In this document: in pieces, positions 8,669-16,488 of the stretch | Numbering within the stretch: the stretch's first letter is position 1 | Layout: each line of letters opens with the position of its first letter | Source of the DNA: an uncultured bacterium | GTDB taxonomy: Bacteria > Planctomycetota > UBA8108 | Length of the DNA stretch: 36,253 nt | Reading direction: 5' to 3' | Assembly: GCA_913042995.1 (NCBI GenBank) | Contig: CAJWMA010000002.1 | Coordinates: forward strand, 1-36,253 | The notes under the pieces: model-generated | Seen by the model: only the letters and a program-made list of their open reading frames with translations | Database searches by the model: none | Told to the model about the DNA's origin: nothing | Position numbers and translations under genes: made by a program

Positions 8669-10033
8669 ATGTCGGATATCCGATCGATACCCGAGGTTGC
8701 CGGGCTGGATTCATCCGGAGGAGTGGTCCGTCTCTCGCCGGAGCTGGATGTGCCGCTCACCGAGCGAGTGCGAGACCTGATCGATTGCCCGGAGTTTCGC
8801 CGTCTCTCGGGAATTCCGCAGCTCGGGCTCGTCTCCCTTGTCTACCCGGCCGCTACTCACAGCCGCTTTGAGCATTCGCTCGGGGTCTATCGCCTGGGGC
8901 TGTTGTTTCTCAGGCACCTTTCGCACAATGACCGTTTCGCTGGAACGATCAGCAGGGAGCAGGCGGAGCTCTTTATCGTCTCCGCCTTGCTGCACGATAT
9001 CGGTCACTGGCCATTCTGTCATCCGATCGAGGATATCAGGCTGGATGGTGTCCCGCGGCACGAGGAGTTCGCGGCGAGCTTTCTCCTCGATGGAGAGCTC
9101 GGCAATTGTCTCGAGAAGGACTGGGGAATCAAGCCCCAGGCCGTCCTGGCTCTTCTTTCGGGGGAGGCCTCCAACCCTGCGGAGCGCGTTCTCTCCAGCA
9201 TGCTCTCGGGGCCGATCGACATCGACAAGCTCGATTACCTGATGCGTGACAGCTTTCACGCCGGTGTTCCCTACGGGCGCAACTACGACCAGGGCCGCCT
9301 GATCGGCAGCCTGTGCCTGAACGAGGCAGGGGATGGACTCGCCATCACGCAGAAGGGCAAGACGGCAGCCGAGATGATGGTCTTTGCGCGCTACGTGATG
9401 TTCAGCGAGGTTTACTGGCATCACGGGGTTCGCGCCGCCACGGCCATGCTGCAGCGGGCCTTCTACCTGTTGCACCGTGACATCGCCCGGGACGAGGTCT
9501 TCCGCCTCTCCCAGGATGGGATGGTGACCCAGATGCGCAACGTGGCCAGGCAGCCCGAAGCGCGGGATCTTCTCGACGGTCTCTTCGGGCATCGCCGGGT
9601 ACTCTACAAGCGGTTGGCCCAGTTCAGCTTTTATGAGAGACCGGAGGTTTACGAGCAGGTGGCCCGGCGCTCTTACGACTGGCTCGTGGGTTGTTCCGAG
9701 GAGCTCGCGCGGCTGCTCAGCGGCCGGATCGGCTCGGAGGTCGGCGGCCACGAGGTGCTCATCGACGCGCCTCCGGTCGAGAAGGAGGTCGAGTTCAAGA
9801 TCGACGTATTCGATCATAAGAGAGAAACTTACCGGCCGCTAGAGGAAGTCTCGCCGGTGGTTCGCACCCTGGCGCACGAGCAATTTGACGATTTCGTCAA
9901 GAGGGTCAGGGTGTTTATTCATCCGCGTCACTCGCGGGCCTGCAGAGAGCTGGCGGATCTTTCTGAGCTGCTGCTGGAGGCCGCGGCCGGAGCGGACTCC
10001 CGCTCGGAAGACCCGGTGGCGCAGGGGAGGTAG
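8669..10033 (+). CDS. HD-domain phosphohydrolase, SAMHD1/EF1143-like putative dNTP triphosphohydrolase (COG1078-type)
   Basis: A 454-aa ORF that starts 8 nt after the oxygenase stop. Motifs are FRRLSGIPQLG, THSRFEHSLGVY, the HD motif ALLHDIGHWPFCH, and DKLDYLMRDSFHAGVPYG. This is the characteristic motif set of SAMHD1-like HD hydrolases. Confidence 0.8.
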   Translation: MSDIRSIPEVAGLDSSGGVVRLSPELDVPLTERVRDLIDCPEFRRLSGIPQLGLVSLVYPAATHSRFEHSLGVYRLGLLFLRHLSHNDRFAGTISREQAELFIVSALLHDIGHWPFCHPIEDIRLDGVPRHEEFAASFLLDGELGNCLEKDWGIKPQAVLALLSGEASNPAERVLSSMLSGPIDIDKLDYLMRDSFHAGVPYGRNYDQGRLIGSLCLNEAGDGLAITQKGKTAAEMMVFARYVMFSEVYWHHGVRAATAMLQRAFYLLHRDIARDEVFRLSQDGMVTQMRNVARQPEARDLLDGLFGHRRVLYKRLAQFSFYERPEVYEQVARRSYDWLVGCSEELARLLSGRIGSEVGGHEVLIDAPPVEKEVEFKIDVFDHKRETYRPLEEVSPVVRTLAHEQFDDFVKRVRVFIHPRHSRACRELADLSELLLEAAAGADSRSEDPVAQGR

Positions 10034-10038
10034 GAGTT

Positions 10039-11316
10039 ATGGAACAGAAGCTCATCAGTTTGCTTGGATTGTTCGTGATGATGGGGCTTGCCTGGCTGAT
10101 GAGCTCCAATCGAAGCAAGGTATCGCTTCGGGTGATCGTCGGTGGATTGTTGCTCCAGTTTTTTTTCGCCTTCCTGATCCTCGGCACCGATCCAGGAAGA
10201 GAGTTCTTCCAGTTTCTCGGCGACACCTTCAAGAAGCTGCTGGGCTGCGTGGACCAGGGGACGGAGTTCCTCTTCGGTGGACTTGTTAATGGCGAGAGAG
10301 GTCTCATCGCCCTGAAGATCCTGCCGACAATCATCTTCTTTTCCGCCTTCATGTCGATTCTCTACCATCTCGGGGTGGTCCAGATCGTGATCCGTTCCAT
10401 GGCCTGGGCCATGCAGAAGACCCTGCGTACCTCGGGAGCCGAGAGCCTCTCGGCCGCAGCCAATATCTTTGTCGGGCAGACTGAAGCTCCGCTCGTGATC
10501 AAGCCCTATGTTGCTACGATGACCAATTCGGAGCTCATGGCGGTGATGGTCGGGGGGTTCGCCACCGTGGCCGGCGGAGTGCTCGCCTTTTACGTCTCGC
10601 TGGGGATCGATGCCGGCCACCTGCTTGTCGCCTCGATCATCTCCGCGCCCGCGGCCCTGCTCATCGCCAAGCTCCTGCAGCCGGAGGTGGATGCACCCGT
10701 GACCTCCTGGTCCGGACCGGCCGATGTCGATGCGGATGGGAAGGCTGAAAATGGGTCGAGTGGGGGTGAGCCGGCCGAGTCTCCGGACCAGGCTGTGAAC
10801 ATCATCGATGCCGTTGCCAGGGGCACGGTTACCGGCGTCAAGCTCGCGATCAACGTTGGCGCGATGCTGATTGTTTTTATCGCGCTGATCGCTGTCGTCA
10901 ATGGTCTCCTGGGCTGGATGGGTGGTCACTTTGGCTACGAGCTGAGCCTTGAAAAGATCTTCGGCTACCTGTTCTGGCCCTTCGCCTGGCTTATGGGTGT
11001 GGAGACGGCTGATTGCTCCAAGGTGGGACAACTGCTTGGCATCAAGATGGTGACCAACGAGGCGGTGGCCTATATCAAGATGCATGACTGGCTGAAGGCT
11101 GGCGGAGAGCTGGCGATCAGCGAGCGTTCCAGGATCATCGCCACCTACGCCCTCTGCGGCTTCGCCAATTTCGCCAGCATTGGAATCCAGCTTGGTGGAA
11201 TCGGCCCCCTGGCCCCGGAGCGCCAGGGAGACCTTGCCCGGCTCGGTTTCAAGGCTATGCTCGGCGGTACGCTGGCGGCCTTCATGACCGCCTGCATCGC
11301 GGGGATCCTTCTCTGA
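10039..11316 (+). CDS. nupC: Concentrative nucleoside transporter (NupC/NupG CNT family)
   Basis: A 425-aa polytopic membrane protein that starts 5 nt after the HD gene stop, behind the Shine-Dalgarno (SD) sequence GGAGGTAGGAG. CNT hallmarks are NIFVGQTEAPLVIKPY, GGFATVAGGVLAFY and ALCGFANFASIGIQLGG. Confidence 0.9.
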   Translation: MEQKLISLLGLFVMMGLAWLMSSNRSKVSLRVIVGGLLLQFFFAFLILGTDPGREFFQFLGDTFKKLLGCVDQGTEFLFGGLVNGERGLIALKILPTIIFFSAFMSILYHLGVVQIVIRSMAWAMQKTLRTSGAESLSAAANIFVGQTEAPLVIKPYVATMTNSELMAVMVGGFATVAGGVLAFYVSLGIDAGHLLVASIISAPAALLIAKLLQPEVDAPVTSWSGPADVDADGKAENGSSGGEPAESPDQAVNIIDAVARGTVTGVKLAINVGAMLIVFIALIAVVNGLLGWMGGHFGYELSLEKIFGYLFWPFAWLMGVETADCSKVGQLLGIKMVTNEAVAYIKMHDWLKAGGELAISERSRIIATYALCGFANFASIGIQLGGIGPLAPERQGDLARLGFKAMLGGTLAAFMTACIAGILL

Positions 11317-11324
11317 GCCGCCGC

Positions 11325-11783
11325 CTATTTGGAATACCTGGAGATCTCGCGGCGGATCTCGCGTTCGCTGTCGCGTTTGCGCTTGGCGGCGCGCTTGTCG
11401 TGGGCGTGCTTTCCCTTGCAGATCCCCAGCATGACCTTGGCAATGCCGCGCTTGTTGAAGTAGACCTTCAGGGGAATGAGGGTCTGGCCCTTGATCGACA
11501 CGGCCTTGTAGAGCTTGCGGATCTCCCGTTTGTGCAGCAGCAGCTTCCGGCGCCTGGTCGCCTCGTGGCCGAACATGCGCGCGTTCTTGTACTCGGAGAT
11601 ATGGAGTCCCTGGATGAAGGCCTCTCCGTTTTCGATGCGGGCGTAGCTCTCGGCGAAGCTGAGGTTTCCCTCGCGTAGCGATTTAACCTCCGAGCCGATG
11701 AGAACGATGCCCGCCTCGATCTTGTCGAGTACGTGGTAGTCGTGGTAGGCGCGCCGGTTCTTGAATTCTTTTGGGGTAGCCAT
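11325..11783 (-). CDS. smpB: SsrA-binding protein SmpB
   Basis: A 152-aa ORF with KNRRAYHDYHVLDKIEAGIVLIGSEVKSLREG and a basic C-terminal tail. It matches the SmpB family end to end. Confidence 0.95.
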   Translation of the reverse strand: MATPKEFKNRRAYHDYHVLDKIEAGIVLIGSEVKSLREGNLSFAESYARIENGEAFIQGLHISEYKNARMFGHEATRRRKLLLHKREIRKLYKAVSIKGQTLIPLKVYFNKRGIAKVMLGICKGKHAHDKRAAKRKRDSEREIRREISRYSK

Positions 11784-11841
11784 TGGAAGGTAGTTTCTTT
11801 CCGCGGGAGCCGTCCATCAAGGGGCGATCTGCAGGAACTCT

Positions 11842-12726
11842 TCAGCGCCTGGGCTTGTAGCGGTCAGCGGCCTCGCTCCAGGCCTCGGCCACTTCCCTGT
11901 CGAGGAGATGGCTCGGGCGGACGTTCCGCAGCGCGCCCAGCATGATTTGGCGCAGTCCGGGATTGTTTTTTTCGAGTTCGGTGAGCAGCTCGGCGACCTC
12001 TACTCGCTTGAGGTTGTCCTGGGAGCCGCAGAGATTACAGGGGATGATGGGGTAGCCCCTCGAGAGCGAGTGGCGCTCGATGTCCTTTTCTGAGCATTCG
12101 ATGAGCGGGCGGATGACCTCGAAGCGTTTGTCCTGGGTCCTGTAGCTCGCCGGCATGGCCTGCAGACGGCCGGCGTAGAAGAGATTGAGCAGCAGCGTCT
12201 CGAGGGCATCGTCGCGATGGTGGCCGAGGGCGAGCTTGTTGCAGCCTGTACGCTCGGCCGCTGTGTAGAGAATCCCGCGCCGGAGCCGCGAGCAGGGTCC
12301 GCAATAGGTGGCGTTGTCGTCTCCTTCCGTCAGCTCGATAACGGTAGAGTAGGTGTCTTCGGAGATGATCTCGTAAGGCGCGTCAAATGCTTCGAGCCAG
12401 GCGGCCAGCTCGGCGCCGTCGTAGCCGGGCTGCTGTTGGTCAAGGTGGACGGCGACCAGCTCATAATGAACAGGCGACTTGCGCTGGGCGGCCTGGAGGA
12501 GATCGAGGAGCGTATAGCTGTCCTTACCGCCGGAGACGGCGACCAGGATCCTGTCTCCCTCCTCGATCAGCCCGTAGGCGCCGATGGTGCGCAGCATGGT
12601 TTTCGAAAGTCTCGCGCGGATTTTTTCGGGGGTCTCAACCGGGCTCTCCTTCGCCGGGGCCTCCGCGGCGCCGAGAACGGGCAATTCGAGCAGGCGGTCT
12701 TCGGATGGGGATTTGGGGTCGCTCAT
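11842..12726 (-). CDS. ttcA: tRNA 2-thiocytidine(32) synthetase TtcA (PP-loop ATPase)
   Basis: The PP-loop SGGKDS is present in VAVSGGKDSYTLL. The Fe-S cysteines are present as CGPCSRLRRGILY and CNLCGSQ. The length and layout fit TtcA. Confidence 0.88.
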   Translation of the reverse strand: MSDPKSPSEDRLLELPVLGAAEAPAKESPVETPEKIRARLSKTMLRTIGAYGLIEEGDRILVAVSGGKDSYTLLDLLQAAQRKSPVHYELVAVHLDQQQPGYDGAELAAWLEAFDAPYEIISEDTYSTVIELTEGDDNATYCGPCSRLRRGILYTAAERTGCNKLALGHHRDDALETLLLNLFYAGRLQAMPASYRTQDKRFEVIRPLIECSEKDIERHSLSRGYPIIPCNLCGSQDNLKRVEVAELLTELEKNNPGLRQIMLGALRNVRPSHLLDREVAEAWSEAADRYKPRR

Positions 12727-12728
12727 GG

Positions 12729-13820
12729 TTATTTCCCGCTCTGGCCGGGGAAAAGCTCTGAGAGCTTCAGCTCAAAAAGCAGGGGAGTGTAGAGGGCGTA
12801 GGGGCCGACGGCTTTCTTTTCGCCACGCCGCCGGTAGTTGCCCTTGACCGAGTCGGGGTCGTTGATGATCCACAGGCGCTCTCCTTTTTGATCGATGGCG
12901 AGCCCTTCGGGCGAGACCCAGTGGATGCGGTTTCCTGCCGGGTCGCGAAGGTCGAGGTCAAGCCACCGGGTTACCCGGGCTGACTCGAGGTCGATCAGGA
13001 GTATTCGTTCCTGGTCGCGGGCAAGGGCCAGGAGCCAGGCACGCTTGTCTCTGCGCAGGAACTGGATGTCGTTGATGTTGAGGAGAGATTTTTTCTTGTC
13101 TTTGCGCCTGCTGACGTCACCGAAGGAGATTTTGAGATCCCTCGCGGTGATGGATTCGCTGGCCGCGAGATCGGCGAGGGATAGCTCGAGAATGCGGGGA
13201 AGATCGTCGTCGGCCCTCTCGAAGGCCAGGTAGGCTTTCCCGGGAGTGTCGGCGAGGGCAATTCCCTCGAGGCGAAAGTTCCTGTCGTTCTGCCAGGGTC
13301 TGAGCGTCTTCGGGAAGCGGATCTCGACCAGGGCTTCGAGCTTCACCGTTGGCTTTTTCATGGGCCCAGCCAGGCTGAGAACGCTGATCCAGGGAACCTT
13401 GTCCTCGGTGACCCCGTAGAGCTTGCGGCCTCCGGGGATGGCGGCCAGGCCCTCGAAATCGGAGTTCGGTATCGAGCGATAGGTTTTGAAGTGCCGGTTT
13501 TCTCCAGGCTTTTCGTCCGGGGGAGTGATCTTCACAGGAGGGCCGATGAGCCGCCCCGACACCGGGTCGATGTTGAAGAGATGCCCGGGGTACTGGCTGC
13601 GCTGGTCGCCCGCGGAAAGAAGTGAGGATCCTCTCCAGAGGAGGGCCGATGGCTGCAGCCCGCGTCGGAAGGAATCAGGTCCGATGGCTGTTCCGGTTGA
13701 GTCGAGAACCCACTTTCCCCGCAGCTCGAGCGGCGCGGTGTCCCCGGTCAGCGAACCCGGGAGACTGCCGAGAGCCATCGCCAGGGCGAGGAAGACTGTG
13801 GTGAGCAAGGGTGTTTTCAT
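12729..13820 (-). CDS. Secreted hypothetical protein, probably a beta-propeller (phytase-like / SdiA-regulated-like repeats)
   Basis: The track ORF is 12729..13880. I prefer ATG 13820, giving the signal peptide MKTPLLTTVFLALAMALGSLPG. Recurrent blades end in (D/E)(F/L)EG(L/I)A: NSDFEGLAAIPGG, FRLEGIALAD and SPEGLAIDQKGERLWIINDPDS. Codon bias looks coding. The family assignment is tentative. Confidence 0.6.
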   Translation of the reverse strand: MKTPLLTTVFLALAMALGSLPGSLTGDTAPLELRGKWVLDSTGTAIGPDSFRRGLQPSALLWRGSSLLSAGDQRSQYPGHLFNIDPVSGRLIGPPVKITPPDEKPGENRHFKTYRSIPNSDFEGLAAIPGGRKLYGVTEDKVPWISVLSLAGPMKKPTVKLEALVEIRFPKTLRPWQNDRNFRLEGIALADTPGKAYLAFERADDDLPRILELSLADLAASESITARDLKISFGDVSRRKDKKKSLLNINDIQFLRRDKRAWLLALARDQERILLIDLESARVTRWLDLDLRDPAGNRIHWVSPEGLAIDQKGERLWIINDPDSVKGNYRRRGEKKAVGPYALYTPLLFELKLSELFPGQSGK

Positions 13821-13940
13821 TCCGGATCTATTTGCCGAGCCTGAAGAGTTTTCAACGCGGCGACAATTGTCGTTGAACATTTGACGGACCGCAAGGCATC
13901 ATGCCCGGTCGAGTCGAAACTGTGAATAAGGGATGGAACC

Positions 13941-15050
13941 ATGAGCGAAATACCTATAGACCTGCGCTACGAGCCTGTCATGCCGGCGGATCGAACTCCC
14001 GGGATCGGTTGTATCGGCGCCGGCTTCATCATGGCGGACTGTCACCTGGTCGCCTACCGGAACGCCGGCTTCAATCCAGTTGCCATCGCCAATCGAACCC
14101 TCTCACGGGCCGAGGAGGCGGCCGAGCGCCACGGCATAGATAAAGTATACGAGGACTATGAGGAATTGCTCGCCGATCCGGCTGTAGAGGTGGTCGACAT
14201 CGCCCTGCCGCCTGATCTGCAGCGCGGCGTGGTGGACCGGATCTGTGAAGGCTACGCCGGGAAAATTCGCGGCATCCTGGCGCAGAAGCCCCTGGCCATG
14301 ACCTACGAGGATGCCCGGCACATCGTCGAGGCCTGCTCCGCCGCAGGCATCACCCTGGCGGTCAACCAGAACATGCGCTACGACCAGTCCATCCGCGCCC
14401 TCAAGGATCTGCTCGGCCGCGGCCTGCTGGGCGAGCCTGTCCTGGCGACCATCGACATGCGGGCGATTCCGCATTGGTCGGACTGGGCGGTGCCCTACGG
14501 CAAGCTCTCCTATTACATCATGAGTATTCACCACATCGATACCTTCCGGTACCTCTTTGGCAATCCGGAGAGAGTGCTCGCGAGCAGCCGACCGGATCCA
14601 CGCACCGAGTTTCCTCACCAGGATGGCATCAACATGTACATCTTCGAGTACGCGAGCGGCCTGCGCTGTACCAGCCTCGACGATGTCTGGACCGGTCCCT
14701 GCCGGGAGGGCTCCGGCGGCGATATCTACATCAACTGGAGGGTCGAGGGTACCGATGGGATCGCGGAAGGGTCGATCGGTTGGCCGAGCTATCCCGAGGC
14801 CGTTCCCAGCACCCTGCGTTATACCTGCAAGGAGGGCGGCGAGACCTGGGTTGAGCCGAAGTGGGACAAGGTCTGGTTCCCCGATGCCTTCGAGGGAACC
14901 ATGGCGCAGTTGCTCGTGGCTCTGGAGACCGGTGAGAAGCCGGAGATCGATGGTGAGGACAACCTCGACACGGTTGCCCTCGTGGAGGCCTGCTACCGCG
15001 GGGCCACGGAACACAGGATCTTTACGATAGATGAGATACGGTCCGCTTGA
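13941..15050 (+). CDS. Gfo/Idh/MocA family NAD(P)-dependent oxidoreductase
   Basis: A 369-aa ORF. The N-terminal Rossmann motif is IGCIGAGFIMADCH. The conserved EKP-type motif appears as ILAQKPLAMTYEDA. The C-terminal alpha/beta domain is typical of the family. Confidence 0.85.
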   Translation: MSEIPIDLRYEPVMPADRTPGIGCIGAGFIMADCHLVAYRNAGFNPVAIANRTLSRAEEAAERHGIDKVYEDYEELLADPAVEVVDIALPPDLQRGVVDRICEGYAGKIRGILAQKPLAMTYEDARHIVEACSAAGITLAVNQNMRYDQSIRALKDLLGRGLLGEPVLATIDMRAIPHWSDWAVPYGKLSYYIMSIHHIDTFRYLFGNPERVLASSRPDPRTEFPHQDGINMYIFEYASGLRCTSLDDVWTGPCREGSGGDIYINWRVEGTDGIAEGSIGWPSYPEAVPSTLRYTCKEGGETWVEPKWDKVWFPDAFEGTMAQLLVALETGEKPEIDGEDNLDTVALVEACYRGATEHRIFTIDEIRSA

Positions 15051-15141
15051 CGGCGGAACTGGATAATTGATAAGAAGAGGGGCTGCCGCGCGGCGGCGGA
15101 CTTCGAAATACGAAAACGAATTCGAGAGGAATAAGGAAAAC

Positions 15142-15966
15142 ATGAAACTCGGAATGATCAACTCCGCCTGGGAGCAGCATGGTATTGACCTTCTCAGCGG
15201 CCTCGAACGCACCAAGGAGATCGGCTTCGACTGCGTCGATATCTTCCAGGATCCCCTCGATCCCGGAGCCGATGAGCGTATCACCGCCATCAAGGCCAAA
15301 TGCGATGAGCTCGAGCTGCCGATCATCAGCGTGGTCGGCGTCAGCGTAGGGTTGATTGACTTCAATCCGAGCGTCCAGGAGTTTCATCTCGACCGCTGCA
15401 AGAGGTATCTCGATATGGCCCAGCAGCTGGGCGCGAAGAACTACCTGCTGGTGATTGGGGAATATATCTGGCAGAAGGAGGTCATTCCTCCTGCGGAGCA
15501 ATGGAAGTGGGGAGTCGAGCATCTCAAGACCCTGGGCGAATACGCCGCCGAACGCGATCTGGAGATTGTTCTCGAGCTCGAACCGTTCGATATGGCTCTC
15601 GTCAACAATCTCAGCGAGATGGGAAGGTTCCTTGCCGACGTTGACGTTCCCGCGGTGAAGGCCAACATCGATATCAGCCATATGCTGCTGTCGGACTCGA
15701 AGCCAGAGGAGCTCGCGAGCCTGCGCGGGCGGGCGGGGCACGTGCATATTTCCGACTGCGATGGAAAGGTGCACGGAGATTTTCCTCCCGGTGACGGAGT
15801 GGTCGATTTCCCACCCTACCTGCAGGCGATCAAGGATCTCGATTTCGATGGAGCCATCAGCCTCGAGCTGGAGTATTCGCCCGAGCCCGAGAAGATTGTC
15901 GAATGGGTGACCAAGGCCTACGATGCGACCGATAAGCTCATGCGGGAGATTGACCTGAGGGGCTGA
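15142..15966 (+). CDS. Sugar phosphate isomerase/epimerase (xylose isomerase-like TIM barrel), second copy in the window
   Basis: The track ORF is 15067..15966. I prefer ATG 15142 (MKLGMINSAW), which follows the SD-like AGGAATAAGGAAAA. Motifs are GFDCVDIF, LELEPF, HVHISDCDG and ISLELEY. Confidence 0.85.
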   Translation: MKLGMINSAWEQHGIDLLSGLERTKEIGFDCVDIFQDPLDPGADERITAIKAKCDELELPIISVVGVSVGLIDFNPSVQEFHLDRCKRYLDMAQQLGAKNYLLVIGEYIWQKEVIPPAEQWKWGVEHLKTLGEYAAERDLEIVLELEPFDMALVNNLSEMGRFLADVDVPAVKANIDISHMLLSDSKPEELASLRGRAGHVHISDCDGKVHGDFPPGDGVVDFPPYLQAIKDLDFDGAISLELEYSPEPEKIVEWVTKAYDATDKLMREIDLRG

Positions 15967-15981
15967 GGGACAAGGCGGCTG

Positions 15982-16488
15982 TCAGCCTAGAGCTTCGCGG
16001 ACCGGGGTGATTCCGACTCGCGAGACCGCCAGCAGGACGGTCGACAGCAGCGAGCAGGCCACGGTCTCGTCAATCCCGGCGCGTAGGGCGATCGGTCCCG
16101 CGAGGGAGGCGATGTAGAGTGAGAGGTTTGTTGCCGAGGCCGCGCTGGCCCTTCCCCTGGGTCTCTCTTCGGGAGTTTCCAGGGATGGCTCGGATTGTTT
16201 CAGTCCAAGCTCTATCGGCTCGAAGAGGTCGGCGGCCAGGTTCTCACTCACCTCGTCGAGCTGCCTTGCGAAGGCTTCGAGGCGGGGCCCGGGATCTGCC
16301 TCGAAGTAATACCGTGCCGAGTTGTAGTGGGCATTGGGACCGGAGAGCAGCAGGCGCTCCGCATCAACCAGCCGGGCATGCTCCTCGCTGTCGAGAGCCT
16401 TCTCATGGTAGGCCTTCAGGATCCAGTCCTTCAGGGGCTCCTCATCGAGGTTGAGAGCCTCACGCTCTCCATCGGAAGGAAGGCTCAT
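15982..16488 (-). CDS. Hypothetical acidic protein with a hydrophobic C-terminal segment
   Basis: Strong GC3 coding bias. Its ATG (16488..16486) overlaps the stop of the upstream E1 gene in an ATGA arrangement. I recognised no family motif. The C-terminal 50 aa (LSLYIASLAGPIALRAG..SLLSTVLLAVS) are hydrophobic. Confidence 0.55.
   Translation of the reverse strand: MSLPSDGEREALNLDEEPLKDWILKAYHEKALDSEEHARLVDAERLLLSGPNAHYNSARYYFEADPGPRLEAFARQLDEVSENLAADLFEPIELGLKQSEPSLETPEERPRGRASAASATNLSLYIASLAGPIALRAGIDETVACSLLSTVLLAVSRVGITPVREALG

Noticed and set aside
8711-11085. Minus-strand ORFs of 368 aa (8711..9817) and 385 aa (9928..11085).
   Set aside because: They are antisense to the HD hydrolase and NupC genes, both of which carry diagnostic motifs. 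The antisense products are R/G/P/H-rich.
14103-15365. A 420-aa minus-strand ORF.
   Set aside because: It is antisense to the Gfo/Idh/MocA gene and the second TIM-barrel gene, and it crosses their intergenic gap. It has no motifs.
15961-15987. The inverted repeat GGCTGA..TCAGCC between convergent genes, considered as a bidirectional terminator.
   Set aside because: The arms are simply the two convergent stop codons plus flanking bases. The stem is 6 bp with a 15-nt loop and has no U-run on either strand.
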